Source: the human T2T-CHM13v2.0 reference genome, Homo sapiens. Taken from it: 64,000 nucleotides of DNA. Numbering within the stretch: position 1 is the stretch's first letter; each line of letters starts with the position of its first letter. The notes under the pieces were generated by a model. The model was not told the origin of the DNA. It saw only the letters and a program-made list of their open reading frames with translations, and made no database searches. This document shows, piece by piece, positions 38,601 through 51,800 of the stretch. The stretch lies in assembly GCF_009914755.1 (NCBI RefSeq), contig NC_060936.1; one strand, 5' to 3'. The translations under genes were made by a program, and so were the position numbers.

Positions 38601-41600
38601 GAACTCTGTGAGTTGAATACACACACCACAAATAAGTTACTGAGAATTCTTCTGTGTAACATTATATGAGGAAATCCCGTTTCCAACGAAGGCGTCAAAG
38701 AGGTCCAAATATCCACTTGCAGACTTTACAAAGACAGTGTCTCCAAACTCCTCCATCAAAAGAAAGGTTATACTCTGTGAATTGAACGCACACATCACAA
38801 AGTAGTTTCTGAGAATGATTCTGTCTAGTTTTTATACGAAGATATTTCCTTTTCTACATTTGGCCTAAAAGCGCTTGAAATCTCCACCTGCAAATATCAC
38901 AAAAAGAGGGTTTCACATCTGCTCTGTCTAAAGGACAGTTCACCTCTGTGAGTTGAATAGAGGCAACACAAAGAACTTACTCAGTATTCTTCTTTCTAGC
39001 ATTCTATGAAGAAATCCCGTTTCCAACGAAGGCCCCAAAGAGGTCCAAATATCTGCTTGCAGACTTTACAGACAGAGTTTTTCCAAACTGCTCCATCAAA
39101 AGAAAGGTTAAACTCCTTGAGTTGAACACACACATCACAAAGTAGTTTCTGTGAATGATTCTGTCTAGTTTTTATAAGAAGATGTTTCCTTTTCTACCTT
39201 TGGTCTCAAAGCGATTGAAATCTCCACATGGAAACTCCTCAAAAAGAGTGTTTCAAATCTGCTCTTTCTGAAGGAAGGTTCAACTCTGTGAGTTGAATAC
39301 ACACACCACAAATAAGTTACTGAGAATTCTTCTGTGTAACATTATATGAGGAAATCCCGTTTCCAACGAAGGCCTCAAAGAGGTCCAAATATCCACTTGC
39401 AGACTTTACAAAGACAGTGTCTCCAAACTCCTCCATCAAAAGAAAGGTTATACTCTGTGAATTGAACGCACACATCACAAAGTAGTTTCTGAGAATGATT
39501 CTGTCTAGTTTTTATACGAAGATATTTCCTTTTCTACATTTGGCCTAAAAGCGCTTGAAATCTCCACCTGCAAATATCACAAAAAGAGGGTTTCACATCT
39601 GCTCTGTCTAAAGGACAGTTCACCTCTGTGAGTTGAATAGAGGCAACACAAAGAACTTACTCAGTATTCTTCTTTCTAGCGTTCTATGAAGAAATCCCGT
39701 TTCCAACGAAGGCCTCAAAGAGGTCAAATATCTGCTTGCAGACTTTACAGACAGAGTGTTTCCAAACTACTCTATGATAAGAAAGCTTAAACTCCTTGAG
39801 TTGAACGCACACATCACAAAGTAGTTTCTGAGAATGATTCTGTCTAGTTTTTATACGAAGATGTTTCCTTTTCTACATTTGGTCTCAAAGCGATTGAAAT
39901 CTCCAACTGGAAACTGCACAAATAGGCTGTTTCAAATCTGCTCTGTCTAAAGGAAGGTTCAGCTCTGTGAGTTGAATACACACACCACAAATAAGTTACT
40001 GAGAATTCTTCTGTCGAACATTACAGGAAGAAATCCCGTTTCCAACGAAGGCCTCAAAGAGCTCCAAATATCCACTTGCAGACATTACAAACAGTGTGTT
40101 TCCCAACTGCTCCATCAAAAGAAAGGTTAAACTCTGTGAGCTGAACACACACATCAAAAAGAAGTTTCTGTGAATGATTCTGTCTAGATTTTATAAGAAG
40201 ATGTTTCCTTTTCTACCGTAGGCCTCAAAGCGCTCGAAATCTCCAGCTGCAAATTCCACAAAAAGGGTGTTTAACATCTGCTCTTCTAAAGGAAAGTTCA
40301 ACTCTATGAGTTGAATACACACAGCACAAAGAAGTTACTGAGACTTCTCCTATCAAACGTTATATGAAGAAATCCCGTTTCCAACGAAGGCCTCAAAGAG
40401 GTCCAAATATCTGCTTGCAGACTTTACAGACAGAGTGTTTCCAAACTGCTCCATCAAAAGAAAGGTTAAACTCCTTGAGTTGAACACACACATCACAAAG
40501 TAGTTTCTGTGAATGATACTGTCTAGTTTTTATACGAAGATGTTTCCTTTTCTACCTTTGGTCTCAAAGCGATTGAAATCTCCACATGGAAACTCCACAA
40601 AAAGAGTGTTTCAAATCTGCTCTTTCTGAAGGAAGGTTCAACTCTGTGAGTTGAATACACACACCACAAATAAGTTACTGAGAATTCTTCTGTGTAACAT
40701 TATATGAGGAAATCCCGTTTCCAACGAAGGCCTCAAAGAGGTCCAAATATCCACTTGCAGACTTTACAAAGACAGTGTCTCCAAACTCCTCCATCAAAAG
40801 AAAGGTTATACTCTGTGAATTGAACGCACACATCACAAAGTAGTTTCTGAGAATGATTCTGTCTAGTTTTTATACGAAGATATTTCCTTTTCTACATTTG
40901 GCCTAAAAGCGCTTGAAATCTCCACCTGCAAATATCACAAAAAGAGGGTTTCACATCTGCTCTGTCTAAAGGACAGTTCACCTCTGTGAGTTGAATAGAG
41001 GCAACACAAAGAACTTACTCAGTATTCTTCTTTCTAGCATTCTATGAAGAAATCCCGTTTCCAACGAAGGCCCCAAAGAGGTCCAAATATCTGCTTGCAG
41101 ACTTTACAGACAGAGTTTTTCCAAACTGCTCCATCAAAAGAAAGGTTAAACTCCTTGAGTTGAACACACACATCACAAAGTAGTTTCTGTGAATGATTCT
41201 GTCTAGTTTTTATAAGAAGATGTTTCCTATTCTACCTTTGGTCTCAAAGCGATTGAAATCTCCACATGGAAACTCCTCAAAAAGAGTGTTTCAAATCTGC
41301 TCTTTCTGAAGGAAGGTTCAACTCTGTGAGTTGAATACACACACCACAAATAAGTTACTGAGAATTCTTCTGTGTAACATTATATGAGGAAATCCCGTTT
41401 CCAACGAAGGCCTCAAAGAGGTCCAAATATCCACTTGCAGACTTTACAAAGACAGTGACTCCAAACTCCTCCATCAAAAGAAAGGTTATACTCTGTGAAT
41501 TGAACGCACACATCACAAAGTAGTTTCTGAGAATGATTCTGTCTAGTTTTTATACGAAGATATTTCCTTTTCTACATTTGGCCTAAAAGCGCTTGAAATC

Positions 41601-44600
41601 TCCACCTGCAAATATCACAAAAAGAGGGTTTCACATCTGCTCTGTCTAAAGGACAGTTCACCTCTGTGAGTTGAATAGAGGCAACACAAAGAACTTACTC
41701 AGTATTCTTCTTTCTAGCGTTCTATGAAGAAATCCCGTTTCCAACGAAGGCCTCAAAGAGGTCAAATATCTGCTTGCAGACTTTACAGACAGAGTGTTTC
41801 CAAACTACTCTATGAAAAGAAAGCTTAAACTCCTTGAGTTGAACGCACACATCACAAAGTAGTTTCTGAGAATGATTCTGTCTAGTTTTTATACGAAGAT
41901 GTTTCCTTTTCTACATTTGGTCTCAAAGCGATTGAAATCTCCAACTGGAAACTGCACAAATAGGCTGTTTCAAATCTGCTCTGTCTAAAGGAAGGTTCAG
42001 CTCTGTGAGTTGAATACACACACCACAAATAAGTTACTGAGAATTCTTCTGTCGAACATTACAGGAAGAAATCCCGTTTCCAACGAAGGCCTCAAAGAGC
42101 TCCAAATATCCACTTGCAGACATTACAAACAGTGTGTTTCCCAACTGCTCCATCAAAAGAAAGGTTAAACTCTGTGAGCTGAACACACACATCAAAAAGA
42201 AGTTTCTGTGAATGATTCTGTCTAGATTTTATAAGAAGATGTTTCCTTTTCTACCGTAGGCCTCAAAGCGCTTGAAATCTCCAGCTGCAAATTCCACAAA
42301 TAGGGTGTTTAACATCTGCTCTTCTAAAGGAAAGTTCAACTCTATGAGTTGAATACACACAGCACAAAGAAGTTACTGAGACTTCTCCTATCAAACATTA
42401 TATGAAGAAATCCCGTTTCCAACGAAGGCCTCAAAGAGGTCCAAATATCTGCTTGCAGACTTTACAGACAGAGTGTTTCCAAACTGCTCCATCAAAAGAA
42501 AGGTTAAACTCCTTGAGTTGAACACACACATCACAAAGTAGTTTCTGTGAATGATTCTGTCTAGTTTTTATACGAAGATGTTTCCTTTTCTACCTTTGGT
42601 CTCAAAGCGATTGAAATCTCCACATGGAAACTCCACAAAAAGAGTGTTTCAAATCTGCTCTTTCTGAAGGAAGGTTCAACTCTGTGAGTTGAATACACAC
42701 ACCACAAATAAGTTACTGAGAATTCTTCTGTGTAACATTATATGAGGAAATCCCGTTTCCAACGAAGGCCTCAAAGAGGTCCAAATATCCACTTGCAGAC
42801 TTTACAAAGACAGTGTCTCCAAACTCCTCCATCAAAAGAAAGGTTATACTCTGTGAATTGAACGCACACATCACAAAGTAGTTTCTGAGAATGATTCTGT
42901 CTAGTTTTTATACGAAGATATTTCCTTTTCTACATTTGGCCTAAAAGCGCTTGAAATCTCCACCTGCAAATATCACAAAAAGAGGGTTTCACATCTGCTG
43001 TGTCTAAAGGACAGTTCACCTCTGTGAGTTGAATAGAGGCAACACAAAGAACTTACTCAGTATTCTTCTTTCTAGCATTCTATGAAGAAATCCCGTTTCC
43101 AACGAAGGCCCCAAAGAGGTCCAAATATCTGCTTGCAGACTTTACAGACAGAGTTTTTCCAAACTGCTCCATCAAAAGAAAGGTTAAACTCCTTGAGTTG
43201 AACACACACATCACAAAGTAGTTTCTGTGAATGATTCTGTCTAGTTTTTATAAGAAGATGTTTCCTTTTCTACCTTTGGTCTCAAAGCGATTGAAATCTC
43301 CACATGGAAACTCCACAAAAAGAGTGTTTCAAATCTGCTCTTTCTGAAGGAAGGTTCAACTCTGTGAGTTGAATACAGACACCACAAATAAGTTACTGAG
43401 AATTCTTCTGTGTAACATTATATGAGGAAATCCCGTTTCCAACGAAGGCCTCAAAGAGGTCCAAATATCCACTTGCAGACTTTACAAAGACTGTGTCTCC
43501 AAACTCCTCCATCAAAAGAAAGGTTATACTCTGTGAATTGAACGCACACATCACAAAGTAGTTTCTGAGAATGATTCTGTCTAGTTTTTATACGAAGATA
43601 TTTCCTTTTCTACATTTGGCCTAAAAGCGCTTGAAATCTCCACCTGCAAATATCACAAAAAGAGGTTTTCACATCTGCTCTGTCTAAAGGACAGTTCACC
43701 TCTGTGAGTTGAATAGAGGCAACACAAAGAACTTACTCAGTATTCTTCTTTCTAGCGTTCTATGAAGAAATCCCGTTTCCAACGAAGGCCGCAAAGAGGT
43801 CAAATATCTGCTTGCAGACTTTACAGACAGAGTGTTTCCAAACTACTCTATGAAAAGAAAGCTTAAACTCCTTGAGTTGAACGCACACATCACAAAGTAG
43901 TTTCTGAGAATGATTCTGTCTAGTTTTTGTACGAAGACGTTTCCTTTTCTACATTTGGTCTCAAAGCGATTGAAATCTCCAACTGGAAACTGCACAAATA
44001 GGCTGTTTCAAATCTGCTCTGTCTAAAGGAAGGTTCAGCTCTGTGAGTTGAATACACACACCACAAATAAGTTACTGAGAATTCTTCTGTCGAACATTAC
44101 AGGAAGAAATCCCGTTTCCAACGAAGGCCTCAAAGAGGTCCAAATATCCACTTGCAGACATTACAAACAGTGTGTTTCCCAACTGCTCCATCAAAAGAAA
44201 GGTTAAACTCTGTGAGCTGAACACACACATCAAAAAGAAGTTTCTGTGAATGATTCTGTCTAGATTTTATAAGAAGATGTTTCCTTTTCTACCGTAGGCC
44301 TCAAAGCGCTTGAAATCTCCAGCTGCAAATTCCACAAAAAGGGTGTTTAACATCTGCTCTTCTAAAGGAAAGTTCAACTCTATGAGTTGAATACACACAG
44401 CACAAAGAAGTTACTGAGACTTCTCCTATCAAACATTATATGAAGAAATCCCGTTTCCAACGAAGGCCTCAAAGAGGTCCAAATATCTGCTTGCAGACTT
44501 TACAGACAGAGTGTTTCCAAACTGCTCCATCAAAAGAAAGGTTAAACTCCTTGAGTTGAACACACACATCACAAAGTAGTTTCTGTGAATGATTCTGTCT

Positions 44601-45854
44601 AGTTTTTATACGAAGATGTTTCCTTTTCTACCTTTGGTCTCAAAGCGATTGAAATCTCCACATGGAAACTCCACAAAAAGAGTGTTTCAAATCTGCTCTT
44701 TCTGAAGGAAGGTTCAACTCTGTGAGTTGAATACACACACCACAAATAAGTTACTGAGAATTCTTCTGTGTAACATTATATGAGGAAATCCCGTTTCCAA
44801 CGAAGGCCTCAAAGAGGTCCAAATATCCACTTGCAGACTTTACAAAGACAGTGTCTCCAAACTCCTCCATCAAAAGAAAGGTTATACTCTGTGAATTGAA
44901 CGCACACATCACAAAGTAGTTTCTGAGAATGATTCTGTCTAGTTTTTATACGAAGATATTTCCTTTTCTACATTTGGCCTAAAAGCGCTTGAAATCTCCA
45001 CCTGCAAATATCACAAAAAGAGGGTTTCACATCTGCTGTGTCTAAAGGACAGTTCACCTCTGTGAGTTGAATAGAGGCAACACAAAGAACTTACTCAGTA
45101 TCCTTCTTTCTAGCATTCTATGAAGAAATCCCGTTTCCAACGAAGGCCCCAAAGAGGTCCAAATATCTGCTTGCAGACTTTACAGACAGAGTTTTTCCAA
45201 ACTGCTCCATCAAAAGAAAGGTTAAACTCCTTGAATTGAACACACACATCACAAAGTAGTTTCTGTGAATGATTCTGTCTAGTTTTTATACGAAGATGTT
45301 TCCTTTTCTACCTTTGGTCTCAAAGCGATTGAAATCTCCACATGGAAACTCCACAAAAAGAGTGTTTCAAATCTGCTCTTTCTGAAGGAAGGTTCAACTC
45401 TGTGAGTTGAATACAGACACCACAAATAAGTTACTGAGAATTCTTCTGTGTAACATTATATGAGGAAATCCCGTTTCCAACGAAGGCCTCAAAGAGGTCC
45501 AAATATCCACTTGCAGACTTTACAAAGACAGTGTCTCCAAACTCCTCCATCAAAAGAAAGGTTATACTCTGTGAATTGAACGCACACATCACAAAGTAGT
45601 TTCTGAGAATGATTCTGTCTAGTTTTTATACGAAGATATTTCCTTTTCTACATTTGGCCTAAAAGCGCTTGAAATCTCCACCTGCAAATATCACAAAAAG
45701 AGGGTTTCACATGTGCTCTGTCTAAAGGACAGTTCACCTCTGTGAGTTGAATAGAGGCAACACAAAGAACTTACTCAGTATTCTTCTTTCTAGCGTTCTA
45801 TGAAGAAATCCCGTTTCCAACGAAGGCCTCAAAGAGGTCAAATATCTGCTTGCA
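35665..45854 (-). repeat. Five canonical 12-mer HOR units
   Basis: A starts at 35665, 37703, 39741, 41779, 43817 and 45855 (2038-bp spacing). Confidence 0.92.
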
Positions 45855-48800
45855 GACGTTACAGACAGTGTGTTTCCAAACTACTCTATGAAAAGAAAGC
45901 TTAAACTCCTTGAGTTGAACGCACACATCACAAAGTAGTTTCTGAGAATGATTCTGTCTAGTTTTTATACGAAGATGTTTCCTTTTCTACATTTGGTCTC
46001 AAAGCGATTGAAATCTCCAACTGGAAACTGCACAAATAGGCTGTTTCAAATCTGCTCTGTCTAAAGGAAGGTTCAGCTCTGTGAGTTGAATACACACACC
46101 ACAAATAAGTTACTGAGAATTCTTCTGTCGAACATTACAGGAAGAAATCCCGTTTCCAACGAAGGCCTCAAAGAGGTCCAAATATCCACTTGCAGACATT
46201 ACAAACAGTGTGTTTCCCAACTGCTCCATCAAAAGAAAGGTTAAACTCTGTGAGCTGAACACACACATCAAAAAGAAGTTTCTGTGAATGATTCTGTCTA
46301 GATTTTATAAGAAGATGTTTCCTTTTCTACCGTAGGCCTCAAAGCGCTTGAAATCTCCAGCTGCAAATTCCACAAAAAGGGTGTTTAACATCTGCTCTTC
46401 TAAAGGAAAGTTCAACTCTATGAGTTGAATACACACAGCACAAAGAAGTTACTGAGACTTCTCCTATCAAACATTATATGAAGAAATACCGTTTCCAACG
46501 AAGGCCTCAAAGAGGTCCAAATATCTGCTTGCAGACTTTACAGACAGAGTGTTTCCAAACTGCTCCATCAAAAGAAAGGTTAAACTCCTTGAGTTGAACA
46601 CACACATCACAAAGTAGTTTCTGTGAATGATTCTGTCTAGTTTTTATACGAAGATGTTTCCTTTTCTACCTTTGGTCTCAAAGCGATTGAAATCTCCACA
46701 TGGAAACTCCACAAAAAGAGTGTTTCAAATCTGCTCTTTCTGAAGGAAGGTTCAACTCTGTGAGTTGAATACACACACCACAAATAAGTTACTGAGAATT
46801 CTTCTGTGTAACATTATATGAGGAAATCCCGTTTCCAACGAAGGCCTCAAAGAGGTCCAAATATCCACTTGCAGACTTTACAAAGACAGTGTCTCCAAAC
46901 TCCTCCATCAAAAGAAAGGTTATACTCTGTGAATTGAACGCACACATCACAAAGTAGTTTCTGAGAATGATTCTGTCTAGTTTTTATACGAAGATATTTC
47001 CTTTTCTACATTTGGCCTAAAAGCGCTTGAAATCTCCACCTGCAAATATCACAAAAAGAGGGTTTCACATCTGCTCTGTCTAAAGGACAGTTCACCTCTG
47101 TGAGTTGAATAGAGGCAACACAAAGAACTTACTCAGTATTCTTCTTTCTAGCATTCTATGAAGAAATCCCGTTTCCAACGAAGGCCCCAAAGAGGTCCAA
47201 ATATCTGCTTGCAGACTTTACAGACAGAGTTTTTCCAAACTGCTCCATCAAAAGAAAGGTTAAACTCCTTGAGTTGAACACACACATCACAAAGTAGTTT
47301 CTGTGAATGATTCTGTCTAGTTTTTATACGAAGATGTTTCCTTTTCTACCTTTGGTCTCAAAGCGATTGAAATCTCCACATGGAAACTCCACAAAAAGAG
47401 TGTTTCAAATCTGCTCTTTCTGAAGGAAGGTTGAACTCTGTGAGTTGAATACACACACCACAAATAAGTTACTGAGAATTCTTCTGTGTAACATTATATG
47501 AGGAAATCCCGTTTCCAACGAAGGCCTCAAAGAGGTCCAAATATCCACTTGCAGACTTTACAAAGACAGTGTCTCCAAACTCCTCCATCAAAAGAAAGGT
47601 TATACTCTGTGAATTGAACGCACACATCACAAAGTAGTTTCTGAGAATGATTCTGTCTAGTTTTTATACGAAGATATTTCCTTTTCTACATTTGGCCTAA
47701 AAGCGCTTGAAATCTCCACCTGCAAATATCACAAAAAGAGGGTTTCACATCTGCTGTGTCTAAAGGACAGTTCACCTCTGTGAGTTGAATAGAGGCAACA
47801 CAAAGAACTTACTCAGTATTCTTCTTTCTAGCATTCTATGAAGAAATCCCGTTTCCAACGAAGGCCCCAAAGAGGTCCAAATATCTGCTTGCAGACTTTA
47901 CAGACAGAGTGTTTCCAAACTGCTCCATCAAAAGAAAGGTTAAACTCCTTGAGTTGAACACACACATCACAAAGTAGTTTCTGAGAATGATTCTGTCTAG
48001 TTTTTATAAGAAGATGTTTCCTTTTCTACCTTTGGTCTCAAAGCGATTGAAATCTCCACATGGAAACTCCACAAAAAGAGTGTTTCAAATCTGCTCTTTC
48101 TGAAGGAAGGTTCAACTCTGTGAGTTGAATACACACACCACAAATAAGTTACTGAGAATTCTTCTGTGTAACATTATATGAGGAAATCCCGTTTCCAACG
48201 AAGGCCTCAAAGAGGTCCAAATATCCACTTGCAGACTTTACAAAGACAGTGTCTCCAAACTCCTCCATCAAAAGAAAGGTTATACTCTGTGAATTGAACG
48301 CACACATCACAAAGTAGTTTCTGAGAATGATTCTGTCTAGTTTTTATACGAAGATATTTCCTTTTCTACATTTGGCCTAAAAGCGCTTGAAATCTCCACC
48401 TGCAAATATCACAAAAAGAGGGTTTCACATCTGCTCTGTCTAAAGGACAGTTCACCTCTGTGAGTTGAATAGAGGCAACACAAAGAACTTACTCAGTATT
48501 CTTCTTTCTAGCGTTCTATGAAGAAATCCCGTTTCCAACGAAGGCCTCAAAGAGGTCAAAGATCTGCTTGCAGACTTTACAGACAGAGTGTTTCCAAACT
48601 ACTCTATGAAAAGAAAGCGTAAACTCCTTGAGTTGAACGCACACATCACAAAGTAGTTTCTGAGAATGATTCTGTCTAGTTTTTATACGAAGATGTTTCC
48701 TTTTCTACATTTGGTCTCAAAGCGATAGAAATCTCCAACTGGAAACTGCACAAATAGGCTGTTTCAAATCTGCTCTGTCTAAAGGAAGGTTCAACTCTGT

Positions 48801-51800
48801 GAGTTGAATACACACACCACAAATAAGTTACTGAGAATTCTTCTGTCAAACATTACTTGAAGAAATCCCGTTTCCAACGAAGGCCTCAAAGAGGTCCAAA
48901 TATCCACTTGCAGACATTACAAACAGAGTGTTTCCAAACTGCTCCATCAAAAGAAAGGTTAAACTCTGTGAGCTGAACACACACATCAAAAAGAAGTTTC
49001 TGTGAATGATTCTGTCTAGATTTTATAAGAAGATGTTTCCTTTTCTACCGTAGGCCTCAAAGCGCTTGAAATCTCCAGCTGCAAATTCCACAAAAAGGGT
49101 GTTTAACATCTGCTCTTCTAAAGGAAAGTTCAACTCTATGAGTTGAATACACACAGCACAAAGAAGTTACTGAGACTTCTCCTATCAAACATTATATGAA
49201 GAAATCCCGTTTCCAACGAAGGCCTCAAAGAGGTCCAAATATCTGCTTGCAGACTTTACAGACAGAGTGTTTCCAAACTGCTCCATCAAAAGAAAGGTTA
49301 AACTCCTTGAGTTGAACACACACATCACAAAGTAGTTTCTGTGAATGATTCTGTCTAGTTTTTTTACGAAGATGTTTCCTTTTCTACCTTTGGTCTCAAA
49401 GCTATTGAAATCTCCACATGGAAACTCCACAAAAAGAGTGTTTCAAATCTGCTCTCTCTGAAGGAAGGTTCAACTCTGTGAGTTGAATACACACACCACA
49501 AATAAGTTACTGATAATTCTTCTGTGTAACATTATATGAGGAAATCCCGTTTCCAACGAAGGCCTCAAAGAGGTCCAAATATCCACTTGCAGACTTTACA
49601 AAGACAGTGTCTCCAAACTCCTCCATCAAAAGAAAGGTTATACTCTGTGAATTGAACGCACACATCACAAAGTAGTTTCTGAGAATGATTCTGTCTAGTT
49701 TTTATACGAAGATATTTCCTTTTCTACATTTGGCCTAAAAGCGCTTGAAATCTCCACCTGCAAATATCACAAAAAGAGGGTTTCACATCTGCTCTGTCTA
49801 AAGGACAGTTCACCTCTGTGATTTGAATAGAGGCAACACAAAGAACTTACTCAGTATTCTTCTTTCTTGCATTCTATGAAGAAATCCCGTTTCCAACGAA
49901 GGCCCCAAAGAGGTCCAAATATCTGCTTGCAGACTTTACAGACAGAGTGTTTCCAAACTGCTCCATCAAAAGAAAGCGTAAACTCCTTGAGTTGAACGCA
50001 CACATCACAAAGTAGTTTCTGAGAATGATTCTGTCTAGTTTTTATACGAAGATGTTTCCCTTTCTACATTTGGTCTCAAAGCGATTGAAATCTCCAACTG
50101 GAAACTGCACAAATAGGCTGTTTCAAATCTGCTCTGTCTAAAGGAAGGTTCAACTCTGTGAGTTGAATACACACACCACAAATAAGTTACTGAGAATTCT
50201 TCTGTCGAACATTACTTGAAGAAATCCCGTTTCCAACGAAGGCCTCAAAGAGGTCCAAATATCCACTTGCAGACATTACAAACAGAGTGTTTCCAAACTG
50301 CTCCATCAAAAGAAAGGTTAAACTCTGTGAGCTGAACACACACATCAAAAAGAAGTTTCTGTGAATGATTCTGTCTAGATTTTATAAGAAGATGTTTCCT
50401 TTTCTACCGTAGGCCTCAAAGCGCTTGAAATCTCCAGCTGCAAATTCCACAAAAAGGGTGTTTAACATCTGCTCTTCTAAAGGAAAGTTCAACTCTATGA
50501 GTTGAATACACACAGCACAAAGAAGTTACTGAGACTTCTCCTATCAAACATTATATGAAGAAATCCCGTTTCCAACGAAGGCCTCAAAGAGGTCCAAATA
50601 TCTGCTTGCAGACTTTACAGACAGAGTGTTTCCAAACTGCTCCATCAAAAGAAAGGTTAAACTCCTTGAGTTGAACACACACATCACAAAGTAGTTTCTG
50701 TGAATGATTCTGTCTAGTTTTTATACGAAGATGTTTCCTTTTCTACCTTTGGTCTCAAAGCTATTGAAATCTCCACATGGAAACTCCACAAAAAGAGTGT
50801 TTCAAATCTGCTCTCTCTGAAGGAAGGTTCAACTCTGTGAGTTGAATACACACACCACAAATAAGTTACTGAGAATTCTTCTGTGTAACATTATATGAGG
50901 AAATCCCGTTTCCAACGAAGGCCTCAAAGAGGTCCAAATATCCACTTGCAGACTTTACAAAGACAGTGTCTCCAAACTCCTCCATCAAAAGAAAGGTTAT
51001 ACTCTGTGAATTGAACGCACACATCACAAAGTAGTTTCTGAGAATGATTCTGTCTAGTTTTTATACGAAGATATTTCCTTTTCTACATTTGGCCTAAAAG
51101 CGCTTGAAATCTCCACCTGCAAATATCACAAAAAGAGGGTTTCACATCTGCTCTGTCTAAAGGACAGTTCACCTCTGTGATTTGAATAGAGGCAACACAA
51201 AGAACTTACTCAGTATTCTTCTTTCTTGCATTCTATGAAGAAATCCCGTTTCCAACGAAGGCCCCAAAGAGGTCCAAATATCTGCTTGCAGACTTTACAG
51301 ACAGAGTGTTTCCAAACTGCTCCATCAAAAGAAAGGTTAAACTCCTTGAGTTGAACGCACACATCACAAAGTAGTTTCTGAGAATGATTCTGTCTAGTTT
51401 TTATACGAAGATGTTTCCCTTTCTACATTTGGTCTCAAAGCGATTGAAATCTCCAACTGGAAACTGCACAAATAGGCTGTTTCAAATCTGCTCTGTCTAA
51501 AGGAAGGTTCAACTCTGTGAGTTGAATACACACACCACAAATAAGTTACTGAGAATTCTTCTGTCGAACATTACTTGAAGAAATCCCGTTTCCAACGAAG
51601 GCCTCAAAGAGGTCCAAATATCCACTTGCAGACATTACAAACAGTGTGTTTCCCAACTGCTCCATCAAAAGAAAGATTAAACTCTGTGAGCTGGACACAC
51701 ACATCAAAAAGAAGTTTCTGTGAATGATTCTGTCTAGATTTTATTAGAAGATGTTTCCTTTTCTACCGTAGGCCTCAAAGCGCTTGAAATCTCCAGCTGC

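Noticed and set aside
49185-49430. 81-aa ORF on -
   Set aside because: Same frame as the 33568 ORF. Their similarity reflects the satellite repeat, not coding conservation.
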